A stretch of DNA of 64,000 bases from Octopus sinensis (taxonomy: Eukaryota): positions 49,414,001 through 49,478,000 of the forward strand of contig NC_043009.1 in the NCBI RefSeq assembly GCF_006345805.1, written 5' to 3'. The position numbers were made by a program, and so were the translations under genes. This document shows, in pieces, positions 40,271 through 54,732 of this stretch (positions are counted from its first letter, which is position 1; each line of letters begins with the position of its first letter). The notes beneath the pieces are model-generated. The model did not search any database, was not told where the DNA came from, and saw nothing but the letters and a program-made list of their open reading frames with translations.

Positions 40271-41824
40271 AGAGAGAACGTGGAAGAGAGAGAGAGAGAA
40301 AGTGGAAGAGAGATAGAGAGAGACTAATGAACAAGAGCTGAAAATATATATGCGTGTGGATGTATATGTATAGGTGCAATGATGTGGTGTTGAAGAGAGA
40401 GAGAGAGAGAGAGAACAAGATAGCAATACAGCTTAAATTGAAAGTTATAGAAGGTGAAGATTGCCAACAACTAGTTGAAACTACCAAAACAAAAACTGTT
40501 AACAGAAACAGAACATTAGAATTTATTGCCAGTTAATAACTGGGATTCTTCACAAGAAAGAGCTATGGAGTAAGGGAGGAATGGAGGATCTATAGAGCTG
40601 GAAATTTTCTGTTGCAGTATGTTAGCTGATTTTAATTTCACTCATAATTTCGATTCACCAAAATCAACAACAATGAAACCTTTGTAAGAAACAGCAGCTA
40701 AATCTCCCTCAAATTACACCCTGGTGTCTTAACAAAAAACAAATGAAGAATACATTGGACAATATAACCAATGGTATTTAAGTTAAGTTAAGTTAATTTT
40801 GGCTCAAAAAGCAAGGCCATGTAGGGGGACATGGAGTTATGTACAGGGTGGTGTTCATGCAAAGAGTTCAGGCCATTTCTGGTCAAGAGAGACTTTGAAC
40901 TGAGCGGTCATCGGCATCTTCACTTTCTCGTCCGGCAGCTTATTCCACGGATCTGCAACCCGGACGGAGAAAGCCCCTCTCTTTCGATTGAGATGAAATC
41001 GTCGCAGATAGAGCTTAACAAAAACAAAGTATTTATATATAAAAACAAGAGGGTGATGGTTGGAATGCCTTTGGTCATAAGCTGTCCAACCAGAAACTGA
41101 CCTGATGGTAAACAGCAACCACACTAAAATTGAAACTTCAAAAATCAAAATGGCACTTGTTACTTTTGGAGACTCAAATATGGTAACTTCTGAATGTCAA
41201 AGAACGAAGGTATTTAAAACAAAGGTGTTTTAAAATGTCTTCCTTCCGTCATGCTTTGGGTACTTTGTTTTTTTTTTGTGTTCCAAAGCTTATACCATCA
41301 ATTCATAAACACGATAAGACCCTCCTCTATATCACGCTAACACACACGAACATATATAATTGCTTCATCTTCTTTGATGATAACTTGTTTATCGATATTC
41401 ATCTATCTTAAAAGCTCAAAAGAACATTAACCTGTGGAATGCTATGTTTTTCCATTTTCTGCTGTTTACTAAATATTGTTGATGTTCAGATGAAGAAGAA
41501 GAGCAAGAAAAAAGCAATGACATCAGAGAGAGAGAGATGAAATCTTGATGCTAGTTACTTATTGCACGGGAACATGTTAAATTGGCTTCATTGCAGATGC
41601 AGTGTTTGTAGATTTTAGCTGCAATGTTCACTTTACAAGAACAGTTTCTATTGCAACAGAAATGAGTTTGATATCTTCTTTGAGGAAGCAGTATTCTTTA
41701 TTCTTCACATGTCTTGTGTCAATAAAGAATCAAAATAAAAAAGACAAAATATGAAACAAAATGCCAGAGAATCATACAAAGTCACAACAACACAAAACTA
41801 TCATTATCGATAAGGTCTTAGAAG

Positions 41825-41890
<66 letters not shown>
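38632..41890. repeat. Tandem duplication, 2 x 1596 bp, bounded by (GA)n
   Basis: aacgtggaag at 38681 and 40277; agaagtactca ending at 40234 and 41830. Copies near-identical. Confidence 0.92.
39183..39430 (-). mobile_element. 5'-truncated CR1/L2-type LINE insertion with (AACTT)n tail and 7-bp TSD; duplicate copy at ~40782-41028
   Basis: KLYLRRFHLNRKRGAFSVRVADPWNKLPDEKVKMPMTAQFKVSLDQKWPELFA*; TSD gtattta at 39176-39182 and 39431-39437. Confidence 0.8.
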
Positions 41891-41894
<4 letters not shown>

Positions 41895-42588
41895 AGAGAG
41901 AGAGAGAGAGAAAGGTTTGATCAAAAGCAGAGCAAAGCAAAACTTCCAGCCACAACCAGACAGTATTCTGGTTACATAACCAGCCATTCCTTACATGTCA
42001 TTACTGGCTTTCTCAACATGTTCTATACAGACAAAACTTAAAAGTAAGATACTTGTTTAAGATATTTCTACAACCCATGAGTAGTTCTTTGAGATAGGAA
42101 ATTACTTAATATATATAAAATAACTAATTAGATAACTGATACACAAACACACACACACACACACAAACAGACAACCTGCATATACATTTACAAATACGGC
42201 ATGTTTATGAAGTAGAAGCTATATATAGTGTATAAAAACAAGGATTAATTGAACACCAACAAGAGTATAGTTCTATTCTAAGTTGAGCAATTCTATAAAT
42301 GTATGTATATATAACTCACATACACAATTGGTTGAAGAGTATGATCCATTTCATTACTACCCAGAGTTTCTTACAACATGTGATCCTTTTGTTGACTAAA
42401 GAATTGCATAAATGAGAGACTAATACATAGACCAAGTTCATTTTGTTCCCTTTGTTTACTCAAGTGTGTATCAAGATAGATAGATACATCTATCTATCTG
42501 TCTGTCTGTCTCTCTTTATATATATACATTTATATATTTGTTGTGCAAGATTTTTTATTGGCTAAACTGGCAAAATGACCATTCCAAA

Positions 42589-42645
<57 letters not shown>

Positions 42646-42985
42646 ATATAAATAGATGAGTGTATTTTTACCTTTTGATTGATTCTAGTTTCAGCTCATG
42701 AACTGTGGCCATGCTGGGGCACCGCCATTAACAATTGTTAACAATTAAGATGGAAAAAATAAATAAATAGTTACCAGGGTAGCAAAAATCTCACAAGTAA
42801 AGATGTTGTAGCTCCATGTTTATAAAGGTAGAAACTTCGTGTTTACGTTGAATATTTTGAATAATATATGAATAAATAAATGGAGTTTAACGTTAAACTC
42901 CATTTATTTATTTATTCATATATAATAATATATATATATAATATATATATATAATATATATATATATATCATCATCATCATCATC

Positions 42986-43016
<31 letters not shown>

Positions 43017-43030
43017 ATATATTCTCTAAT

Positions 43031-43232
43031 TCTTTTACTTGTTTCATTCATTTGACTGTGGCCATGCTGGAGCACCACCTTTAGTCGAACAAATTGACCC
43101 CAGGACTTATTCTTTGTAAGCCTAGTACTTATTCTATTGGTCTCTTTTACTGAACTGCCAAGTTATGGGCATGTAAAGACACCAACACCAGTTGTCAAGT
43201 GATGGTGGGGGGGGACAAAAACAAACAAACAT

Positions 43233-43273
<41 letters not shown>

Positions 43274-43432
43274 ATGGGCTTCTTTCAGTTTCCTTCTACC
43301 AAATCCACTCACAAGGCTTTGGTTGGCCCAGGGCTATAGCAGAAGACAATTGCCCAAGGTGCCACACAGTGGGACAGAACCCGGAACCATGTGGTTGGGA
43401 AGCGAGCTCCTTACATACAGCCACGCCTGCAC
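43031..43432 (-). mobile_element. OK-like tRNA-headed SINE, full length
   Basis: Colinear with 1781-2165, including the internal (TA)n. Confidence 0.8.
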
Positions 43433-43446
43433 CCATATATATATAT

Positions 43447-43477
<31 letters not shown>

Positions 43478-43677
43478 GAGAGTGAGAGAGAGATGATGGA
43501 ATTTTTCATTGAGATTGATGTATGAGCATTCATCTATTTCTCTAGTCCTGATTCCACTATTACAACACTTAGATTAAAAAACAAAGAATTGTTACTGAAC
43601 ATCCAGCACAAAGAATGTCTAAGTGAAGTAACTTGTGCTTAGCCTCCACCTACATATTTACACACACACACACACAA

Positions 43678-43825
43678 TGTTTCCAGCTACCAAATTCACT
43701 CACAAGGTTTTGACCAGCTTGGGACTATGGTAGTATACACTTGCCTGAAGTGCCATACAGAGGGACTGAACCCGAAACATATAAGTAGGAAGCAAACTAC
43801 TTAAACACACAGCCATGCTTGTACC
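43678..43825 (-). mobile_element. OK-like SINE head fragment
   Basis: ttccagctaccaaattcactcacaaggtt...gggactgaacccgaaac...cacacagccatgc. Confidence 0.65.
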
Positions 43826-43930
43826 TATTGTGTATGCATATACATTTATATGTATACACACAATATCTGTATATATATATATTATGTATGTATACACATA
43901 TATATATATATATATATATTATGTATGTAT

Positions 43931-43967
<37 letters not shown>

Positions 43968-46900
43968 TATTCATATATATATTCATATATATACACACAC
44001 ACATGTATGTATACACAATATATATATAATGCATACATGTGTACATCTGTATGTAAATAGAGATATTGTAAATGACATTGTTAAATGTTTTTTGTGAGAA
44101 CAACAGAAGTGCTCAATACACATTCATTGAGAGTCTAGCAGAGTGTAGTATCTGCCTGTATATGTGTAACACACAATCATACACTCACACTTTAATCTAT
44201 ATCTTAAAATGGCTTCAACCTAATCACTTTATTAAAAAGAAATGTTACATTTCCAAGGGGATGGGGGAGGTTTTAATGGAATTAATTCCAGTGGAAAGAA
44301 ATGTACTTTGGTCACAGAACATGATTCCAATATCTAGTTTCTGAGGAAAGATCAAGAATTCCGAGCATGTTTAAAGATTTCAGGCAAATTGAATTCCTGT
44401 TGGCTATAATTCCAGAACATTAAAGAATGACAAAAGAAAAGAAAAAATAACAAAAATTCTCTTACATTGTTTAGTTTTAAAATTTTTTTTCAAATCTTTT
44501 TGCAACAATGACACTGTAGCCTAATGTTTTTCTATTATTAAAGATTGCTCCCATAGACAAAAGGCCAGAAACTTAGAGGGGGAAGGGTATATAGTTGATT
44601 AAATTGACCTCATTCTATGCATATTACTTATTTTTATTCAACCCGTGGAGGGGAGGGGTAAACAACAAAATTCAATGCTGGTGGGGTTTAAATTTAAAAC
44701 ATTTGCAACCTTCATGCCTTTCAATTATAGTTAACACAATGCTGTTATTGTTTGGCCATAGATCACTCCTTGATTGACTTTCCAGCCATGACCATACTGA
44801 CTTGCTTTCAGGAATAATGTATCTAGGACTATATAATTCAGTGTGTTCTACCTTTTCTAAAGTCTTTTTCTTCGAGCAGTCATGACTGAGATGTTTTTTG
44901 CTAAGTCTCATCAGAAATCTCTATCCTTCATTATTAACTTTGGTATAGGCCCTCAATTCTCCATGAGTAATACTGATATAGTCGAGTGATGTCTGTTTTT
45001 TATTGAAGTGTGAAAGTCTTGAAAATATAATTTTCAATGTGGTCTGATATGCAGCACAACAGTGTTTTTTCTTTGTGGTTAAGGTGTGATCTGAAGGGAA
45101 TTCAGTTGCTATATCCAGCACAAGGATTCACTGAGCTGGATAGTCAACAATATTGACTGAAGGATACAAGCTGGATATGAATACTGTTTGGTTACTTTGA
45201 TGGTGAAAGTACTGATGGCTCAGTTAGACTTTCACAAAAGAGGTTATAAAATGGAAAGAATTTGTATTTCTGAGTTGTCTAAGTCATTCCAGAATAGAGA
45301 AAATGGATATTAAAACAATGATGATGATGAGGAGGAGGAGGAAGAAGACATCTTGTTATAAAAACAGACAGACACAGAGAGAGACAACAATAAACACCAT
45401 CCGACACAGAATTAACAAACAAACAGAAAGCAATTAAAAGCCTTCTGTGTGGCCAACGCTGTTGATGAACACAGAACCCAACAAATATTTTATGGAGTGT
45501 TGGTTTTTTAAGAGCCGAGTTGCTCAGGATGACATGCAGAGCTCCTCACTGATACGCCACATTAAACATAGACACAACACACTTATGCCTCTGCTGTTTT
45601 ATACAAGGGACACAAATAAGCTAGCCCATTATTATAAAACATGTTTGTCACCGGTGCGTGGAGTGTTGTGGTGTTGTACCTTCTTAGAAAACAGTTTGAC
45701 GGAAAATAGCAATATACAAGCCACTTGTCCGGAAATAATGGTAAAAAAACAACCCCTCAACCAGCTTCTATAAAACCTAATACAAATAAATTAAACATTC
45801 AATGGGACACTTGCCATCGTCCTTCTCCCTCAACTTATCAATAAAGCCATAATATATATGTGTGTGCTTTTTTATTAGGGATCGAACAATATAAACAAGT
45901 ATTACGCAAGTTTTTTTTCTCCTCCCCCACCACTAACAGGCAGGAGGATTCTGTTAGAGGAAAGATGGAGTAGGGGTGAAAGGAAACTGGAAAAAAAGGG
46001 GTAAAAGGAAAGGAACATAGGAAATAATGGATATAATACATGATATGAAGAAGGGTGTGGTATTGATAGGGGTGAAAGACTAGTGATGTAACAACAGCTT
46101 CAGCATATGCATATAATGGCTTGCTCACAGGAGGAAACCGAGTCTATGCATGCACACGTGTTTATATCTATGCATGTGTGTGTGTGTGCAAAAGGGGTGT
46201 ATATGGGTGTTGTGAGAAGACGTCTGATGAGAGGAAAGTGCTGTTGCGTGTCTGAAAGGGTGAGCATTAAAACATTTCTGCATTTCTTGTGCAGTCGTTC
46301 TCCGCCTCCTAAAGCATTGTTTAATGAGTGCTGTCTATTATATAGTAGTGACAATAACAGCAACAGCACTGGGTAGTGGTTATGCAAACAAAGGCCACCT
46401 TGTGGTCACAATTGACCAATCAGTAAAAAAAAAAAAACAAGCTAATGAAAGAGCTTCTATATGTTTATTCTATCAGCTAGAAAGAGCAACTAAATCTCTA
46501 ATCTCCCTTAATTCATACCCTAAGAGTTTTCAAGATAAGGAAGAACACATTGGATAATGGCAGTTCTAGATAAAAGTATGAAATGGCCATACCTGAAATG
46601 TCTTTTGATAATGTCTATTTAATGAAGACTAATCTGGAGCTAAATACCAACAACTATTACAACCAATGATGAGCAGAGTTCTATCTTATGTAACTGATAC
46701 TAACATTATTATCTTATAATGTGTGGGGATTGACTGTGTGACATAGTCACTGACAATGAAACTCTCTCACTCTCTCTCTAAACACACACACACACACAAT
46801 CAATGGTGATGATTTACTTTGTTACTACCGAGAATTTCTTGTACGTGCAATCCTTTTGTCAACTGAAAGATTGCGTGTAGCAAGAAAATTGATTGCAAGT

Positions 46901-46998
46901 ATTGAGTACTTTTTCTGTTTGCCTATCTGAACATGTAAATGTAAAAACAAGGTGGTGTAGTATAAATGCATTAAAATATATATATGACAAATACACAA

Positions 46999-47039
<41 letters not shown>

Positions 47040-47193
47040 CATATATGAGTGTGTATATATATGCATATATGTGTGTGTATATATATGCATATATGTGTGT
47101 GTATATATATGCATATATGTGTGTGTATATATATGCATATCTGTGTGTGTGTGTATATATATGCATATATGAGTGTGTATATATATGCATATC

Positions 47194-47235
<42 letters not shown>

Positions 47236-48542
47236 TACATACACATATATGCAAAGATATATATGTGTGTGTGTGTGTGTGTATACACACACATACATAT
47301 ATAATGTTAGTCTGAAAATAACTATGTAAATTGCGGAATTTTGTCTTGCGCTAAACAACCACTCAGCCATATAGAATGAGCAGTCAAATCTACCATAAAT
47401 CACATCCTATGATCTTAAGAATGAAAATACACATTAGAAGATGTACCCTAAATATACTAAGTCTGAAAGGAAAATGGCAGGGTGCACGCGACTGGAACAC
47501 TTTTGATCGTAGATCTTCTTGATGAGGGTTGAATTAAGGAACAACATCAATAACGAAAGTGTCGTTTAACCCCTAAGATATCTCTTTTAGAATTGCCTTT
47601 TTGTGTAATGACTGACTTGTGGTGGTGTTCTGGTAGTAGTAAGTCAGCTAGGTGAGAGTCCCAACTCTTTTCTAATAATTATGGCTTAGATCCAGAGACA
47701 ACCAGACATAACATAGAAATGAACTTGTAAATCAGATTTGTGTTGCAAACTCAGCTTGTTAAGAAAGTTTACCAATGCTGTACAAGGAACAATTCCTAAA
47801 GTAGGTCTGGTCTTTAGTAATGTTTTAAGATGCTATAACATATTTCTCCAATAACTAAAGAGATCAAAAGAAATTCAGAGTCCTTATGGTATTCATTAAG
47901 TTATGTAAGAAGAAAAGTGGAAACCTAACATTTATTTCATTGTAATTTAATACTGCTTTGATTGCAAGATGTTTCTACTTTGCACAGGCATGGTGGTAAT
48001 TAGGATATTGATCTGTTGTTAGTTGTGATGTTGTTATTGAGTAACTAACTAACTAACTAACAACCTTTAGTCAATAATATTTCATGTATACCTTTGTTGA
48101 TGTTGTACTTTAATCTTTACCCTGATTGAACAGAACTGTGCCAGAGACATTCCAGACATGACTATCATGTCGAGTTTCTCAAATGAAACACTCTCATCAT
48201 TAGCGTTGACTGTGATAACAAAAATGTTTCACTTTACATGTCCAGTGGTCTTGTGTGCAATTTGTGATGTGAAGTGTGCTCAACATAGAGTTAGCCAGTT
48301 CACAGCACTGATGCTAATAACAGTGACGACAAGCTTGATGATGGTTGACAATAATATAATCATCATCGTCATTTAATATCTGCCTTCCATACTGGCATGG
48401 ATTCGACTGTTTGGCAGGAGTTGGCCAGGCAGAAGCCTGCTCCAGACTTCTGTGTCTGTTTTGGCAAGGTTTTTATGGTTGGCTGGTCTTCCTAGTACCA
48501 ACCACTCTGCAGAATGGACTAATAATAATAATAATAATAATA

Positions 48543-49075
48543 ATTTTTTCTACTAAAGGCACAAGGCCTGAAATTTGGAGGGAAAGAACTAGTCGATTAC
48601 ATTGAACCCCAGTGTTTCACTGGTACTTAATTTATCAACCCTGAAGGGATGAAGGGCTAAGTTGACCCCAGCGGAATTTGAACTCAGAACATAAAGATGG
48701 ATGAAATACCGCTAAGCATTTTGCTTGGTGTGCTAACAATTCTGCCAGCTAATAATGGTTTCAAATTTTGGGACAAAGCCAGAAATTTCAGAGAGAAGCT
48801 AAGTTAATTAAATTGATCTCAGTGCTTAACATATTTTATTGACCCTGAATGAATGAATGTGAAAGTCAACCTCAGCAGAATTTGAACTCAGAATATAATA
48901 TTAATAATAAGAACAATTCTTTCTAAATTTGGCACAAGGCCAGCAATTTTTAAGGGAAGGGAGAAATCAAATTACATCTACCCCAATTCTCAGTTGGTAC
49001 TTCATTTCATCAATCCCAGAAGGACAGAAAGGCAAAGTCAACCTCGGTGGGAATTGAACACAAAATGCGAAAAAC
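48543..49075 (-). mobile_element. Array of three decayed OR-like SINEs between (TAA)n tracts
   Basis: ggcacaaggcc...aaagtcaacctc...gaatttgaactc motif repeated three times. Confidence 0.7.
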
Positions 49076-49089
49076 CACATTAAATGCCT

Positions 49090-49151
<62 letters not shown>

Positions 49152-49554
49152 TAATAATAATCTGCCCTAGATGTCAGGAAGACACTTGGCAAGAAATGAA
49201 AACAGAATTGAAAGAAGATGCCAATGAAAATAATGATGATGATAATAATAATAATAATAGTAAGAGTAGTAATATCGTAAGTAATAAAGACAATAACCAG
49301 TAATAGTAACAGTAAATAATCAGTAAATAAGTAAACAAATAGATAAACAAACATACAAATGAAGACATAAATAAATAGAAATGTTTTAATTATTCAATTC
49401 TAAGGCTTTGTTTAGAAAATTTTCGAAAATAACCTGATAAACTGGTTAAAAGCAGAGAGGGGAGGTGGATGGAGGAGGGGCAGTGGTACAGTATAAAAGT
49501 TGATGCCCAACAGCTATGTTGAAACAAACAAAATGGATAAACACACACACACAT

Positions 49555-49593
<39 letters not shown>

Positions 49594-50559
49594 TACACAC
49601 ACACACATACACACTGAGGCAGTTTGAAAAATTATAAATTGATTTTCAATAGAATACAATTTGTTATTTATTGAATATTCGTGGCTTTGTTAAGAAGAAA
49701 ACAAGTAAATAATAATAATAATAATAATAATGATGATGATAATAAAGAAACAAAAAATGTAAAAAGAAGTAACAAAATAAGAACAAGCACCACCACAATA
49801 ATAATGATGATGATGATGATGATGATGATGTTGATGACGATGGTGATGATGATAACGATGGTGATGATGATGACGACGATGGTGATGATGGCTACAAAAC
49901 AGAGTTGAAAATGTTTTGTTTGCAGATATAATTGGATTACAATTGTGTATCAATATCAGTCCAAGTCACATTGCCTACTGAGTTTAACACACACACACAC
50001 ACACACATATGCTCATACATCTACACTCAAACATGTTTGTACACTTTGCCACACACACACACACACACACAACAGAAGAATGGTTTTGTTTCTCACCTTC
50101 TTAATAACAATAAATAATAATAATTATTACAGTTATTATCATCGTTATTATAATGCTCATTTAATCACTATTTATCATTATTGTTAGTTATTGCTGTTGT
50201 TGTTGTTATTGTTATTATTATTATTATTATTATTACTTTAAATATCAATTCAACTGAAACAAAATGTCAACAGCTATTTCTCAATACCTTCAGCAAGATT
50301 TTTGGAGAAAACTTGAGAAATGTCAAAAGCAGCAAGTGGAGAAGGGAAAAGGGAAGTAGCATGTGAGAGAAAGATAGAGAGAGAGAAAGAGAGGGGGTAG
50401 TGATTGATAAAGAAAGGGAAAGAGAGGGAGAGAGGGAGGAAGGGAGGGAGGGAGGGAGAGAGAGTGCGTGTAGAGAAACTAGGGAAATCAAAGAGCCATT
50501 CCTTGTGTGTATTGAAATGTTGTGGCAGATTGTGTGAGTATTTACATGTGTGTGTATGT

Positions 50560-50860
50560 GTGTGGTGTGTGTGTGTGTGTTGCATGTGGCTATTGTGCAT
50601 ATATATCTGTGAGTGTGTTTGGTTGACTGTGTGTGTGTGTGTGCATGATTGTGTATGTGTGTGTATTTATATGTATATATGTGTATTGGTGTATTGTGAT
50701 TGAACTTGTGTTTAATGTGTGTGTGTATGTGTGTGTGTTGCATGTGGCTATTGTGCATATATATCTGTGAGTGTGTTTGGTTGACTGTGTGTGTGTGTGT
50801 GTGTGTGTATATTTATACGTATGTATGTGTATTGGTGTATTGTGATTGAACTTGTGTGTA
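50560..50860 (+). repeat. Two ~158-bp GT-rich tandem units
   Basis: gcatgtggctattgtgcatatatatctgtgagtgtgtttggttgac at 50582 and 50740. Confidence 0.85.
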
Positions 50861-51981
50861 CGCATGTATGCAGTGTCGGAACAAGTGCGAATGTGCGAAT
50901 CCTGGGTGCTGTGTGTGAATGAATGTGTTTGTACTGTGCGTAAATGAATGTTTATGTGCGTTCCATGAATGGCCTTTGTGTGAATGAATGTGGGTGCTTA
51001 CGTGTGTGTGTGTGTACGAATGTGCATGTGTTGTGTGAATGAGTGTGTATGTAAGTGCTGCATGAGCAGTGTGTGAATTACTGCATGTGTGTATATATAT
51101 ATATGTATGTATGTATATATATATATATATAGAAAGGGTATTATATGGATTGGATGGACTGCTTGCAACAGAGAGAGAGGGTGAGAGAGACACAGAACCA
51201 CAGAAGTTAGAGACAGCAGCAAAAGGGATTACAGACTTCTGGAGTGGAATGTGATAAAACCTTAAAGGTTACAGAGTACAAACCAGGGTGCTTAGTTATC
51301 AAACAAGAATTCCAGACCAGCCAACCAGCCAGACAACCAGCCAATATGTTGTTGTTTCTATCTAGATCAGACATCAGATATTTCTTAAGGGTCTCTCTCT
51401 TTCTATCTCAAGCCTGTCTGTTAGAGAGAGACTAAGGTATGAGGTAGGTATGATCGTGATAGGTGGGGGGGGTGAAGGACAAGACAGGAAGTGGAATTGG
51501 AGAGGAAGACATGCTGGGAAAGAGGGGGTGGGTGGGATGGAGAAGAAACAGGAGAGGTTGGAGAAAAGGAGAACGAGAGATATAGGTGAGTACAGGATGG
51601 GTGGTGAGGTGCCAGAGGTACACACACACACACACATTAAGGGGAGAAATGAATGAAAGATAGGTGATAAAAATAACAAAAGAAAACTAGACTATGGAAA
51701 ATATTCATTATATATATGTCAGTTATGTGTGCATATGAGTTTAATGTGTTTTTGCTTGCACGTGTTTGTTTGTGTGTGTGTTTATATACACACACGCACA
51801 CACATATATATATATATATATACATACACATACACACACACACAGATGTCTTGAAACATCTGTGCCACATGTGTGCATACATACACACATAATATATATT
51901 GTATCTATTATCTGTGTAGGTAAGTGAGATATATGTGCTAGTGCTATTATTATGTGTGTGTGTGTGTGTATGTACACACAT

Positions 51982-52014
<33 letters not shown>

Positions 52015-52091
52015 GCAATAATATTAAGGATCATTACGAAGTTGCAGAGCATTACCTTTAATTCTTTATATATATATATATATATATACAC

Positions 52092-52306
52092 TCTTTTACT
52101 TGTTTCAGTCATTTGACTGCGGCCATACTGGAGCACCGCCTTTAATCGAGCAACTCGACCCCAGGACTTATTCTTTTTGTAAGCCCAGTACTTATTCTAT
52201 CGGTCTCTTTTGCCGAACTGCTAAGTAACGGGGACATAAACACACCAGCATCGGTTGTCAAGCAATGCTAGGGGGACAAACACAGACACACACATATATA
52301 TATATA

Positions 52307-52354
<48 letters not shown>

Positions 52355-52508
52355 GACGGGCTTATTTTCAGTTTCCGTCTACCAAATCCACTCACAAGGC
52401 TTTGGTCGGCCCGAGGCTATATAGTAGAAGAGACACTTTGCTCAAAGTGCCACGCAGTGGGACTGAACCCGGAACTATGTGGTTGGTAAACAAACTACTT
52501 ACCACACA
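52092..52508 (-). mobile_element. OK-like tRNA-headed SINE, full length
   Basis: Colinear with 1781-2165; CpGs largely retained. Confidence 0.8.
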
Positions 52509-52699
52509 GAGAGAGAGAGGGAGAGAGAGAAAAGAGATAGAGAATCTGTAACTCAGCTGATTTTGAACAACTGGATTACTATTGTTAGAAGTGACAGAGA
52601 TCCATTTCCTTGTAGTAATAGATTTATGTGTATATTCTATGCATACACATTAATGTAGTATACACGTGTGTGTGTGTGTGTGCGTATAATATAATGTGC

Positions 52700-52748
<49 letters not shown>

Positions 52749-54681
52749 CACTGTATATATACAAAATTTGTATTCCCTGAGAAGTTCTCTGGAGCTTTCT
52801 ATTTATTTAGCTGCAAACCTTGGCTGGATACAATTGCTTATTGAAACAACAATAACACAATGCCATCCAGCCACGGATTGGACAAAGTTTAAAAACATCA
52901 ACATGAACAACAACAACAACAACAACAACAGCAGCTGCAAGGAAGGGATGCTTATGCAGGGATGAAAATAACAATAACTGAAATGAGGCTAAGTCAAGAA
53001 CACCACCAAACCCACCCAATTCACTTGCCACCCCGACATAGTAATGGCAATTAGAGAAATCGGGTGAGTCTATGAGTTTCAACCATTTCCAAACAGACTT
53101 TCCAAAAACATTATCTGTTTCTTCAATCAGTGTCTCTTGCTTTTCGGTTCTTTTGCCACTTATACTTGTTAAAAAGAATAAGAAAAAAAGAAATTTGTTA
53201 GTTTCCTTCTTATGAAACATTTACTATTCTGACAGACAGTCTTCTTTCAAAATTTCTACCAGCAATAAACCAGCAATCATCATCATTATTTTGATGCCCT
53301 CTTTTTCATGCTTGCATGGGTCAGATGATGTTTATTGAGGTGGATGGATTTCCAAATAAGGTAATATTTTCCCATGCTCAAGCATGGTCGGACAGAATAT
53401 TGGAAATGAAGGACAGTGCTTCTACGACAATGACACTTATTTACAACTATGATGATGATGATGATGATGATATGATGTCAAAACAAGGATACACACATAT
53501 ACATGCACATGTGTGCACACACACGCGATGAGCTTCTTTCAGTTTCTGTCTACCAAATGCTCCCACAAGGCTTGGTTTGTCCTGGGGCTATAGTATAAAA
53601 CATTTGTCTAAGGTGCCAAATGCCGATATGTGGCCAATTGGCATGCTGGAAACAATAGACACAATCTGCCTCTCTTCAAATTGCAACATACTTTTTTTTG
53701 CAAAGATAGGGACACATTAGATAATATACTCCTAGATATGCAATGCCTGAAACAAAGACAAACTGTTCATGGCTGGAATGTCTTTGAAAATAGGTATCCT
53801 CCTGGATGTAAAGGATTAACAACTAACAAGAAACCTATCACAACTTCAAATAAATGGTTTCTCCATCTCTCTCTAATCTCTATTTGGTCTATCTGTCTGC
53901 CCCTCTCCTTGACCCTTTTTCTCTCACTCAGGTTTTCTTTCTTTGTGCCTTTTTCCTTCTGGCTCTTTTCTCTTTCACTTCCATCACATTTCTTTTAATC
54001 TATCAGAATTTCTTTTTCTCTCTCTTATTCTGTCAATCTACTTTCACTTTCTCAGTTTTTAATCTGAGCCAACTTCTCTTTTTGTTCCTCCTATCTTAAT
54101 CACTCTCTCTCTTTCTCTCTTTCTTTCTCTCTCTCTCCATCCATCCATCCCCCTTGCTCTCATACAATCTGCCTTTGTCACTCTGTTTCTCCTCTATCAA
54201 ACACTATAATTTACAACTTGATTTAAAATAGAAGACTCAATGGAGGATGTGGGGAGGACATCCTCCATCTAAGTGAGGGTCAACATTTTCTTTTTTTTTT
54301 ATAAAAGGGTATGACATTTGCCCAAAGTCTTATCTTTTATTACATGTAGGACAATCAAAAAGTAAATATATATATTAAAAAAATGACTTATCATCATCAA
54401 TATCATCATGAATCCTTGTCCAAAATTATAATGAGAAATGCTTTGACTGTTAGTCTATCTAATCACTATAGCAAAAATAGTTAATCCAGCTGGTGGTATT
54501 ATCTCCAGTATGGCAGTTTTGCGCAATTTCTATTATCATTCTAATTATCAAGTCTCTTTTTAATGAGAAACTGACGAACCAATTGGCTAGCCTTCTCTAG
54601 TAAATGAACAAATGGTTTTCATATATATATAAATGTATATATATAGTTAGCATGTGTGTGTATATGCATAGATGTATTATG

Positions 54682-54732
<51 letters not shown>

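Noticed and set aside
52807-53220. 137-aa minus-strand ORF, and a plus-strand CGG|gtgagt donor at ~53063
   Set aside because: No recognisable domain; the poly-Val comes from (CAA)n; all plus-strand frames before the donor contain stops.
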